From a virus, in the IMG/VR virus record IMGVR_UViG_3300044729_003129, positions 64,001-128,000 of that record: a DNA stretch of 64,000 nt; one strand, 5' to 3'. Position 1 is the stretch's first letter. Every line of letters starts with the position of its first letter. The notes under the pieces are model-generated. The model ran no database searches. It was given only the letters and a program-made list of their open reading frames with translations, and was not told the DNA's origin. Below, piece after piece: positions 46,067 to 54,405 of the stretch. Both the position numbers and the translations under genes were made by a program.

Positions 46067-46351
46067 TTAGAATAATACTGTTACTGCAGCTGCAGATATA
46101 GCGGTTCCGCTTTGGACTATACGCTGACCACCAAGAGGCCATACTCCTGGACTCAATGTAAGTACACGTGTCTGGCCATTTACTCCTTCAATTTCAATGG
46201 TTCCATTAGCAGTACCAGGCGCAATATATAAACCAGCAAATACTTTGCCAACAGTTGGTGTGTAAAAGCCATCTGTAAAAGTCAGTGCTTCATATGCAAC
46301 AGCAGATGTGTTTTGGTGTATTAAACCCTTTTCGTAGACGTTAGTACTCAT
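46067..46351 (-). CDS. small virion protein
   Basis: ORF with late promoter 5 nt upstream (46357-46364). Confidence 0.65.
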   Translation of the reverse strand: MSTNVYEKGLIHQNTSAVAYEALTFTDGFYTPTVGKVFAGLYIAPGTANGTIEIEGVNGQTRVLTLSPGVWPLGGQRIVQSGTAISAAAVTVLF

Positions 46352-46364
46352 AGTCTTATTTATA

Positions 46365-46520
46365 TTATTCTCTTATAGAGATTCCGGTGTATAATGAAAG
46401 ACCAAGCGCAATCAATACAACATAGTGAGAAATTACTTCATTTGGATTAATGACAGCATTAAATGATATTATTTGTATAATAGCAATAAGTGCTAGTGCT
46501 AACCATATTACAGTTTTCAT
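46365..46520 (-). CDS. small 2-TM membrane protein (lysis accessory candidate)
   Basis: manually read 51-aa ORF MKTVIWLALALIAIIQII..., ATGA-coupled to the holin-like gene. Confidence 0.55.
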   Translation of the reverse strand: MKTVIWLALALIAIIQIISFNAVINPNEVISHYVVLIALGLSLYTGISIRE

Positions 46521-46837
46521 GGTTTTTTAATATATTTTTCTGGTGAGCGCTCAAAGTGTTTTGCCAGTTTAATAATTCCATTAATAATTTCTGGAGAGAC
46601 AACACCTATGATGCCATAGGTAATCGCCTTGTACAGACTAGGAATATCAGTCTGTTCCAATATAAACCATGCTATTGCTGCAGCAAGGGCGGCAGATACA
46701 ATATTTTTAAGTTGCTCGAGAATTGTATATTGTTTTTGTGCTGTCATGAGTCGGGCAAGCATCCCCGCCGCTCCAACGAGAGGGATTATCCAACCACCCT
46801 CTAGAAACTCTTTTAGCATCGATCTTTCTGGTTCCAT
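46517..46837 (-). CDS. holin-like 3-TM protein
   Basis: three hydrophobic helices, basic C-terminus; late promoter 46893-46900. Confidence 0.6.
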   Translation of the reverse strand: MEPERSMLKEFLEGGWIIPLVGAAGMLARLMTAQKQYTILEQLKNIVSAALAAAIAWFILEQTDIPSLYKAITYGIIGVVSPEIINGIIKLAKHFERSPEKYIKKP

Positions 46838-46912
46838 TTATAACTATACTTTTAAAGTGTGAAACATCACAATATGACTATCAATCTAAATGTATTTATA
46901 AAAAACATTGTT

Positions 46913-47590
46913 TTAACGGGTCAAGGCATGATCAACTGCATATTTATAAAAGAGTTCTTCCTGGAGGGCTCTTACCTTATATTTTTTAACAATATCATCT
47001 AAAGAATAATGAAACGCTGAAGTTATGTCATACATACTTTTTATGTCTCCTGCATAGTAGTTATCTATGCCCTTAAATTGTCTATAATATTGAGGATATT
47101 TTAAACTCAATCCATTTCCGGCTGTTGTCATTTTCAAGAGATTTTTAGTTGGTGTATAGCACACTTGCGTAGTAAATTTATCGTAACGTGTATTAACTAC
47201 AAGATCATAATCATAGGTATGATTATGATACAGGTGAGACACCAGTTTAAACTTTCCGGCCCACATACGTTTCCATGCCAATATTGGACAAGGACTGCCA
47301 GGAATGACACCTTCTAAGTTGCCGTGTAATTTTAAATGTGAGTCATCTTCAATACACACACGTTTTATAGTTTGATTATAGAAATAATCGGATAGATGAG
47401 TTTTTTCTACTGTAAAAATACTGCTATAGTCTAGTTTTCGGTATGAGCTTTTTGCCTCTGACTCACTCCATGTATGAAGAAAAAGATCAACCGTGTGACC
47501 GTTTTGTTTTAACAGATTTATATAGTCATTTAAGCGCGTGTCTTGTAACCCGCCTCTTAGGTGTCCACGAATACAAAATGCTAGTTTCAT
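46913..47590 (-). CDS. putative glycosyltransferase (paralog B)
   Basis: KLAFCIRGHLR, DLFLHTW, YDLVVNTRYD, IDNYY. Confidence 0.55.
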   Translation of the reverse strand: MKLAFCIRGHLRGGLQDTRLNDYINLLKQNGHTVDLFLHTWSESEAKSSYRKLDYSSIFTVEKTHLSDYFYNQTIKRVCIEDDSHLKLHGNLEGVIPGSPCPILAWKRMWAGKFKLVSHLYHNHTYDYDLVVNTRYDKFTTQVCYTPTKNLLKMTTAGNGLSLKYPQYYRQFKGIDNYYAGDIKSMYDITSAFHYSLDDIVKKYKVRALQEELFYKYAVDHALTR

Positions 47591-48258
47591 AATAGGTTGT
47601 TGTCCACTGCATAACGATATACTATTTCTTCTTGGTGTTTAATCATTGGATATGCCTTTAAAATATCATCTAAAGAAACATAAAAGTCAGAGACTAATTT
47701 ATACATCGTTTCAATTTTTCCAATATAAAAATTATCAACACCAACTACATTTTTAGTGTATGTTGGATATTTAAATGCTATATTGTCTTTTTGTAAAATT
47801 AAACTATTCAGGGTTGAAGGAGGTGTATAGCATACTGGTGTAGTAAACATATCAAAGCGAGTATTAATGACTACATCATACTTTTCCTGACATTCATAGA
47901 CATGTGATAGTATTTTATGCTGACCAACCCACATACGTTTCCATGCTAATAATGGACATGTGCTCGCACTTACATGCCCTGTTTTTTTCCCGTATATTTT
48001 TATTTTTGAGTCATCATCAATGATTATTTTTTGAACAGTATAGTCCTTAAAATAATTCTGCAACAACTCTTCACTTACCTTAAACACATATTTTCGATCG
48101 AGTACTCGATAACTAGATTTTGCCTCTGACTCCTTCCATGTATGCAAATATAGCTGAACGTCATGACCCTTAGCAGTTAACTGGTCTATATATTGAGTTA
48201 AACCTCGGGTAAACAGTCCATCCCGAACGTGCCCACGTATGCATAATGCTAGTTTCAT
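47587..48258 (-). CDS. putative glycosyltransferase (paralog A)
   Basis: KLALCIRGHVR, YLHTW, YDVVINTRFD, VDNFY; clearly homologous to the neighbour. Confidence 0.55.
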   Translation of the reverse strand: MKLALCIRGHVRDGLFTRGLTQYIDQLTAKGHDVQLYLHTWKESEAKSSYRVLDRKYVFKVSEELLQNYFKDYTVQKIIIDDDSKIKIYGKKTGHVSASTCPLLAWKRMWVGQHKILSHVYECQEKYDVVINTRFDMFTTPVCYTPPSTLNSLILQKDNIAFKYPTYTKNVVGVDNFYIGKIETMYKLVSDFYVSLDDILKAYPMIKHQEEIVYRYAVDNNLL

Positions 48259-49253
48259 AGATCCTTTAACTTTAACATGACGTGTTTAATTGCCATCCAC
48301 ATGTCTAGGTATTTATAGGTTGCAAGTCGACCAACAAAAATCACTCCCTTTTCTGCCTTTGCTAGTGATTCATAGAGTCGATATGTTTCCTGTCCTTCAC
48401 CCCAAGGAATAGGATAAAACGGAATGTCCCCCGGCCCACATTCTTTCGGGTGTTCAGTGGTGACTACTGTTGGACCGACATGATCTGGCATAAAATAACT
48501 GTGATCATAGATTCGCGTATAGTCGGTTGTGCTATTGTTTTGGTTTACAATAAATGTGTCTTGCTTTTCACACAACACATGATGTTTAAACTCAAGTGAA
48601 CGATATGGCAGACGTCCATATATCGTGCCAAAATAACTGTCAATCTTGCCGGTATAGACAATCAAATCACCTGCCTCCCGCTTGTACGCCCAATCATCTT
48701 CTCCGCAATTTAAATGCACAATAATGCCTTCTAACATCTTTGTAAACATTGCAGAGTAACCATCTTTTGGAATGCATTGATACTTTTGACCTTCAAACCA
48801 GGTTGGATCTTCGCATTCTGCAGTCTTTGGAATACGATTTGTAATAGTCTTAGGAATCTCGTCGAATGGCACTCCCCATTGCTTTTCGCTATACTCCTTA
48901 AAGATATATTCTACAATCTCTTCTTGAGACAGCTCACGACCAAGTTCAGATACTGTTTTCTTGCTGTACGGCAAACTTATGCGGCCAAGTCGGGTGTCTC
49001 CCTTTGGGCGCAGCGCAAACGGAGTCCATTCGGTATAACGACTAAGAAACTCATAGACCTCTTCATCGTCGGTATGAAAAATATGAGGGCCATACTGATG
49101 TACAAGCGTATTGCAAATATAGGCATCAGCGCAATTGCCACCGATATGAGGTCGAGTCTCAAAAATCTCTACGGCGTATCCTTTTTCTTTTAGGAGCACC
49201 GCAGCAGTAATTCCAGATAACCCGCATCCAATTATTTTAGCACTTTTTTTCAT
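48255..49253 (-). CDS. glf: UDP-galactopyranose mutase
   Basis: IIGCGLSG FAD motif, HIGGNC.D, HQYGPHIFHT, YSEKQWG, LPYRSL.F, PFYP, GRLATYKYLDM. Confidence 0.95.
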   Translation of the reverse strand: MKKSAKIIGCGLSGITAAVLLKEKGYAVEIFETRPHIGGNCADAYICNTLVHQYGPHIFHTDDEEVYEFLSRYTEWTPFALRPKGDTRLGRISLPYSKKTVSELGRELSQEEIVEYIFKEYSEKQWGVPFDEIPKTITNRIPKTAECEDPTWFEGQKYQCIPKDGYSAMFTKMLEGIIVHLNCGEDDWAYKREAGDLIVYTGKIDSYFGTIYGRLPYRSLEFKHHVLCEKQDTFIVNQNNSTTDYTRIYDHSYFMPDHVGPTVVTTEHPKECGPGDIPFYPIPWGEGQETYRLYESLAKAEKGVIFVGRLATYKYLDMWMAIKHVMLKLKDL

Positions 49254-49261
49254 ATTTTAAC

Positions 49262-49291
49262 ATTTTATCATAGTTTACGTCACCTGTAAAC
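49262..49291 (-). promoter_or_regulatory. early-type promoter of the glf cassette
   Basis: GTTTACA-N17-TAAAAT. Confidence 0.55.
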
Positions 49292-49307
49292 ATAAATATA
49301 TATCTAT

Positions 49308-49490
49308 ATGAAATTAAATGAAAAAGTCTATATTAAAAGTGAATTTAAGGATCTACTCCGCAGCATGAATGTCGGAATTGTCGACTATATTGTGGTCTAT
49401 CGAACCGAAGGTGACAAGGTGTTTTTTAAAGCAAACTCTGCAAAACTACATCTCTCAAAAGAAGAGTTTGAAGAGGTCAAGTTACAATAG
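49308..49490 (+). CDS. small hypothetical protein, the only credible plus-strand gene
   Basis: fills the gap between glf and the next gene; CATAAATA at 49291-49298. Confidence 0.55.
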   Translation: MKLNEKVYIKSEFKDLLRSMNVGIVDYIVVYRTEGDKVFFKANSAKLHLSKEEFEEVKLQ

Positions 49491-49659
49491 AATAATATTC
49501 AGTTGCCTCCTCTTCACTATCAAACCAATACCATCCATCTACTGGATAGTCATATTGATCTTTATTTTGTGCTACTAATGAAATATCTAAGCCTTCAACC
49601 CAATTTGGGGCATACAATATTTGTTCGTCTTCTTGTTTTTTATAGAATCCTGCTGTCAT
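49477..49659 (-). CDS. small fibre-associated protein
   Basis: GFYK...LYAPNWV...YPVDGWYWFDSEEEA, directly after the LRR gene. Confidence 0.6.
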   Translation of the reverse strand: MTAGFYKKQEDEQILYAPNWVEGLDISLVAQNKDQYDYPVDGWYWFDSEEEATEYYSIVT

Positions 49660-49663
49660 AAAA

Positions 49664-52171
49664 TTATCCTGTTACAAGCCACCCTTTGAGGAAGGCTGTG
49701 CCTGTTCTTAATTGTCTAAATGTTAAACTATTTGCACCCCCCGCAGCCATTTGTCGTGATACTGTGATGCTTACGTTGGGGTTAATTGATACAACCTGTG
49801 TACGATAGCGTAAGGTTCCAGAACCGTTTGTCGTTAATGCTAGTGCTGGACCACCTAGAGTTGCCGCTACTTGAAATGTTCCAGCTGTAGCATTGACTAC
49901 ATAGTAGATTCTGTTAATAATAATACCAGTCGTTGTTACTCTAGTTGCAAAAGAAACTTCATCTCCATTACTTAATCCATGACTTGCAAGGTTGACTAAA
50001 TCACCTGCATCGGTAAATGTCACAGCTCTTGCTGTTGTAAGTGGTGATCCTGTTCCTGTAATTTGCATACCCACAGCAATACCAGTGGTGTCTGCCATTG
50101 TTATTGTTGTGCTTCCAGCTGTTGTAGTTCCTGTAAGAGTTACAGGTGTCGGCGCTCCCCAATTGTTTGTTACAGTTATTGTTTGAGAAGCAGCACCTAT
50201 TGTGTCTAGATAATTGAATATAGATTCTAATTCTTCTTTTGATAATTTACAACCACTATAACTTATTGAAAATTCTGAGCCATTTAATGCTGCTCTTGTA
50301 AGGTTTAGACAGGCACTAAATATACCATTAAATTTAAAAACGTCTGTACCTGCTCCTGAAATTAATAACGGTACAGTTACAAGAGAAGTACAATTATTAA
50401 ACATACTATTCATAGTAGTAACAGCCCCTGTATTGAATAGTGGTACACTTGTAAGAGAAGTACAACCATTAAACATACCACTCATGATTTGTACAGCCCC
50501 TGTATTGAATAGTGGTACAGTTGTAAGAGTAGTACAGCCACTAAACATATTACCCATAGTAGTAACAGCCCCCGTATTGAATAGTGGTACACTTGTAAGA
50601 GAAGAGCAACCAGCAAACATACTATTCATGAATTGTACAGCGCCTGTATTGAATAGTGGTACACTTGTAAGAGATCTGCAACCATTAAACATACCACTCA
50701 TATCAGTAACAGCCCCCGTATTGAATAGTGGTACAGTTGTAAGAGCAGTACAACCAAAAAACATACCACTCATATCAATAACAGCCCCTGTATTGAATAG
50801 TGGTACACTTGTAAGAGAAGTACAACCATTAAACATACTAGTCATATCAATAACAGCCCCTGTATTGAATAGTGGTACACTTGTAAGAGAAGAGCAACTA
50901 GCAAACATATTATCCATAGTAGTAACAGCCCCTGTATTGAATAGTGGTACACTTGTAAGAGTAGTACAGCCACTAAACATACTACCCATAGTAGTAACAG
51001 CCCCCGTATTGAATAGTGGTACAGTTGTAAGAGCAGTACAACCAAAAAACATACCACTCATATCAATAACAGCCCCCGTATTGAATAGTGGTACAGTTGT
51101 AAGAGAAGAGCAATTAACAAACATATTATTCATGAATTGTACAGCCCCTGTATTGAATAGTGGTACACTTGTAAGAGATCTGCAACCATTAAACATACCA
51201 CTCATAGTAATAACAGCCCCCGTATTGAATAGTGGTACAGTTGTAAGAGAAGAGCAACTAGCAAACATACCACTCATAGTAGTAACAGCCCCCGTATTGA
51301 ATAGTGGTACACTTGTAAGAGAAGTACAATTATTAAACATACTATTCATAGTAGTAACAGCTGATGTATTAAACAGCGGTACAGTTACAAGAGAAGTACA
51401 ACCATTAAACATACCACTCATACTAGTAACATTTTCAGTATTAAATAACGGTACAGTTGTAAGAGAAGAGCAACTCTGAAACATATTACTCATATTAGTA
51501 ATATTAGTAAGATCATTAAAAGATACATTTTTTAATGAAACTAAATTTGCAAATGAACTAGATAAGTTAGTTAATAATCCTATATTGACTCCAGTGAAAC
51601 TAACTAAATTTTTACAAAAAGCCAAAGAAGCGGTTGCATTATTAAGAGTTAAACCTGTTAAACTTGGGCAAGATAAAGCTATTTCTAATATAGGAGAAGA
51701 ATCAGGAAATGTAGATCCTGCTTGTGCATACTTTTGGTTAAAGTTTACACTTGTTATATTTTGACCAGCTTGAGGAGTAATGACTACAACTGCCATTTTA
51801 TAACCATCACTTGTAACGGTGGCATTTAAATCTGGGTCGGTATATGAATATTCATGTTGAGCTTTAACTCCAGATGCAACATTTTCTGTTACACCATCAC
51901 CCCAATCAACTGTATATGCTCCAGATATTGTAAAAGCAAGAAAGTTAGATCCTTGAGGATATACAGGCATCAACAAAGCTATTTTTTGCTCTGAAGATAT
52001 TATAGTCGGCATTGTTAGCCAATCAGCTGGACGAACCCATGGAGACGGTGTGGCTGGAGTTGCTGCTGCTGTTGGTCGTTTAATTCTAAGGCGATCAAAT
52101 CTATCCTTTTTAAAAAAAGAGGGTTTGCGTGAGACTAACGGTCCAACTTTATTTCCGTAACGAATACTCAT
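49664..52171 (-). CDS. BspA/DUF285-like leucine-rich-repeat virion protein
   Basis: WVRPADWL N-terminus, VDWGDG, about 16 x 24-aa repeats, fibre-like C-terminus. Confidence 0.8.
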   Translation of the reverse strand: MSIRYGNKVGPLVSRKPSFFKKDRFDRLRIKRPTAAATPATPSPWVRPADWLTMPTIISSEQKIALLMPVYPQGSNFLAFTISGAYTVDWGDGVTENVASGVKAQHEYSYTDPDLNATVTSDGYKMAVVVITPQAGQNITSVNFNQKYAQAGSTFPDSSPILEIALSCPSLTGLTLNNATASLAFCKNLVSFTGVNIGLLTNLSSSFANLVSLKNVSFNDLTNITNMSNMFQSCSSLTTVPLFNTENVTSMSGMFNGCTSLVTVPLFNTSAVTTMNSMFNNCTSLTSVPLFNTGAVTTMSGMFASCSSLTTVPLFNTGAVITMSGMFNGCRSLTSVPLFNTGAVQFMNNMFVNCSSLTTVPLFNTGAVIDMSGMFFGCTALTTVPLFNTGAVTTMGSMFSGCTTLTSVPLFNTGAVTTMDNMFASCSSLTSVPLFNTGAVIDMTSMFNGCTSLTSVPLFNTGAVIDMSGMFFGCTALTTVPLFNTGAVTDMSGMFNGCRSLTSVPLFNTGAVQFMNSMFAGCSSLTSVPLFNTGAVTTMGNMFSGCTTLTTVPLFNTGAVQIMSGMFNGCTSLTSVPLFNTGAVTTMNSMFNNCTSLVTVPLLISGAGTDVFKFNGIFSACLNLTRAALNGSEFSISYSGCKLSKEELESIFNYLDTIGAASQTITVTNNWGAPTPVTLTGTTTAGSTTITMADTTGIAVGMQITGTGSPLTTARAVTFTDAGDLVNLASHGLSNGDEVSFATRVTTTGIIINRIYYVVNATAGTFQVAATLGGPALALTTNGSGTLRYRTQVVSINPNVSITVSRQMAAGGANSLTFRQLRTGTAFLKGWLVTG
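50368..51495 (-). repeat. in-frame 72-bp tandem repeat array (about 16 units)
   Basis: constant ACAGCCCCYGTATTGAATAGTGGTACASTTGTAAGAG at 72-nt period (e.g. TATTGAAT at 50431 and 50503); 15 PLFNT copies. Confidence 0.95.
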
Positions 52172-52172
52172 A

Positions 52173-52538
52173 TTAACTTATTCTATTCACATATCCAAAA
52201 ATATTAATCCCACTTGCAACACTAGCATTGCCATAAATTGAAGATCCTGCAGTTCCGTTTCCCTTTAATATCAAACCGGGACAGATTAATGTATTTCCAG
52301 CATAAGCCTCAATAACACCTTCAAATAAAATATCAGTTGAAAAATCAGTTCCTCCATACAATACATTTAATGTAACATCTGCTGCTGTAGAATTTGTAGC
52401 ATACAACCATACCTCGTCCATTATATCTGATGATGCTTGTGTTGTGTGTATTGTTGTAGTGTTAGCACCAGTGGCAGTTATAACAATAGACTTGCCATTT
52501 GTGCTTTGCGATAATAATTGCTTTGTATATGTTGCCAT
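52173..52538 (-). CDS. small virion structural protein
   Basis: TTIHT...DEVWLYATN...INIFGYVNRI. Confidence 0.65.
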   Translation of the reverse strand: MATYTKQLLSQSTNGKSIVITATGANTTTIHTTQASSDIMDEVWLYATNSTAADVTLNVLYGGTDFSTDILFEGVIEAYAGNTLICPGLILKGNGTAGSSIYGNASVASGINIFGYVNRIS

Positions 52539-52553
52539 AATTTTATTTATTTT

Positions 52554-52826
52554 TTATAAAAAGATTGAAAGACCTATAATTGTGCTTGAGTCATCGAGAG
52601 ATACTGCATTTGGATTTAGTGTAAGTACTCCAGCCGAATTTATAGATGCATCTCCAGATAATGTGCGTGCAACAAATTCGTTTGTGTCATATATCAATAG
52701 CGAACCATTGGTTACGCCTTGCAAGTCAATGTCTGTAAGTTCTGAAAGTGTACGTCCGCCTTCAGATAAAGTAGAAACACCAATTCTAGATGATGCTGAT
52801 ATTGTAGCAATTATGTTTTCGCTCAT
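52554..52826 (-). CDS. small fibre-like protein
   Basis: LSELTDID...NGSLLIYD, LSGDASINSAGVLT motifs. Confidence 0.6.
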   Translation of the reverse strand: MSENIIATISASSRIGVSTLSEGGRTLSELTDIDLQGVTNGSLLIYDTNEFVARTLSGDASINSAGVLTLNPNAVSLDDSSTIIGLSIFL

Positions 52827-52827
52827 A

Positions 52828-53166
52828 TTAACTTGGTCGTGTTGAGGCTGGTGATATTTCTACCTGTCCTTCAGCTATACGTATGACATGTCCGCCCGAA
52901 TTGTATATTTCAACATCATATACATATCGACCAGGTTTCATGCCGCGTGTTTGAGTTGCCGTTAATGATACACCAACTTTACCTTCTAATGGAAGGTTTA
53001 TAGATGTTGCAAAAGATATTGCGGTGTTTGAAGAATAGCTCTTACGTATCTGTCCACGAGAAAGATAGCCTGTAAGGTTAAACGGTAAGCCATTAGAGTC
53101 TTTTACGTCTATAACAGACGCGTAGGTGCTGCCCTGATCGATATAAATGTTACTATACGTCGCCAT
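52828..53166 (-). CDS. virion adaptor-type protein (BppU-N-like)
   Basis: NIYIDQGS, NLTGY...QIRKSY, SLTATQT....GRYVYDVEI, EGQV; late promoter 53173-53180. Confidence 0.7.
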   Translation of the reverse strand: MATYSNIYIDQGSTYASVIDVKDSNGLPFNLTGYLSRGQIRKSYSSNTAISFATSINLPLEGKVGVSLTATQTRGMKPGRYVYDVEIYNSGGHVIRIAEGQVEISPASTRPS

Positions 53167-53187
53167 ATAGTCTATTTATAAAACAAA

Positions 53188-54402
53188 TTAATTACTAAAT
53201 GCGCCTTTAGATTTAGATCGTACAAATGTTCTAGTACCAAGTTGATCTGTTATATAAAAGGTATAATTTGTCATTTTACTATAATCAAAAGAATCCATAA
53301 ATAAGAAGAGTGAATAGTTTGGTTGCATATCACCTCTACGTTTATTTGGAATATTTAGTGGCACTTGTTTTCTTACTGTTCGGATTCTAAAATTACGATT
53401 CTCAAAATATGATTCAATAATGTCAAGTTCTAATTTTATAACATTTGTAGTTGTGTATATAATATCAATAAGCGTAGTGCGACCGGATTGATATGAATAA
53501 ATTTCTCCTTGAATAGTTCCACGTACAAGAGGTGTTGTTGAAGTATCGGCTATAGAAACTGCTGTGCTCGTCACAAGTATTCCACCACCTATACTTCCAG
53601 TACGTAAACTTGCGGTAAAGCTTGTAGGCCCTTCAGTTGTACTATCTAAGTTTGCAGTTACTGCAAAAGAATTACTGCCGCTAGAAACAACAAAACTCCC
53701 GTTATTAGGTGTCAAATCTGTTCTAGACGTAGTCCAATATAGTGTAGTTCCAGGGTTAACATTTGTAGTAGAGACATTAAATGTTACCGAACCTCCTTCA
53801 TTAATAGCAGATAATGAAGGCGCAATAGAATATGTAGGAATTGGAATCGAAGAATCAATTAACCCAATTGCATTGCTACGACCAACTTCTATTCCAGTCT
53901 GCGAGTCTTTACGTAAAATTGCTTGAAATGTAACATATCCTTCGGCAGTTGCATCAGTAGATGCAGTCGCACTAAAACTTGCTGTGCTAGAGTTTACTGT
54001 AATTGTACTTGCGCTTAATGTTAAGTCAGTTCTAGACAGTGACACATACAGGACTGTTCCATTAGGCACATCAGTCGTGGTTAATGTAAAGGTGACAGTT
54101 CGGTCAGTCGTTTCATTGATTGAAGTTTTATTCGCAACAATTGTGTATGTAGGAATAATTTCAAAGCCACCATTCATAAACAAATCGCGCAAGTCAACGC
54201 CAGCAGAATTTTTAAGTCCTGTAAGTTCAAATATTCGATCCCCTGCTCCTCGACTAGGCTCGTATCGGCTCGCTAAATCTTGAGTCGTATATGGGTTTGT
54301 AGAGGTCACTACATTATAACCACACGCTGCCCCAGCAGTTCCTACACGTAGTTTAAATAGATTATCAAAGTCAATGCCATTTACTGTATAACCTGATGAC
54401 AT
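53188..54402 (-). CDS. virion protein with two Calx-beta/Ig-like repeats
   Basis: PTY.I.....INE....VTF...TT.V..GT.LY....RTDLT occurs twice. Confidence 0.65.
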   Translation of the reverse strand: MSSGYTVNGIDFDNLFKLRVGTAGAACGYNVVTSTNPYTTQDLASRYEPSRGAGDRIFELTGLKNSAGVDLRDLFMNGGFEIIPTYTIVANKTSINETTDRTVTFTLTTTDVPNGTVLYVSLSRTDLTLSASTITVNSSTASFSATASTDATAEGYVTFQAILRKDSQTGIEVGRSNAIGLIDSSIPIPTYSIAPSLSAINEGGSVTFNVSTTNVNPGTTLYWTTSRTDLTPNNGSFVVSSGSNSFAVTANLDSTTEGPTSFTASLRTGSIGGGILVTSTAVSIADTSTTPLVRGTIQGEIYSYQSGRTTLIDIIYTTTNVIKLELDIIESYFENRNFRIRTVRKQVPLNIPNKRRGDMQPNYSLFLFMDSFDYSKMTNYTFYITDQLGTRTFVRSKSKGAFSN

Positions 54403-54405
54403 AGT

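Noticed and set aside
50433-51479. 348-aa plus-strand ORF
   Set aside because: Antisense shadow of the repeat-coding minus-strand gene
50368-51495. CRISPR-like array (constant ~37 nt plus variable ~35 nt)
   Set aside because: The period is exactly 72 nt and in frame, the variable parts are homologous to each other and encode LRR residues, and no cas genes are present
49664-52171. Diversity-generating retroelement target
   Set aside because: No reverse transcriptase or separate template repeat in the window; variation is block-wise rather than adenine-specific
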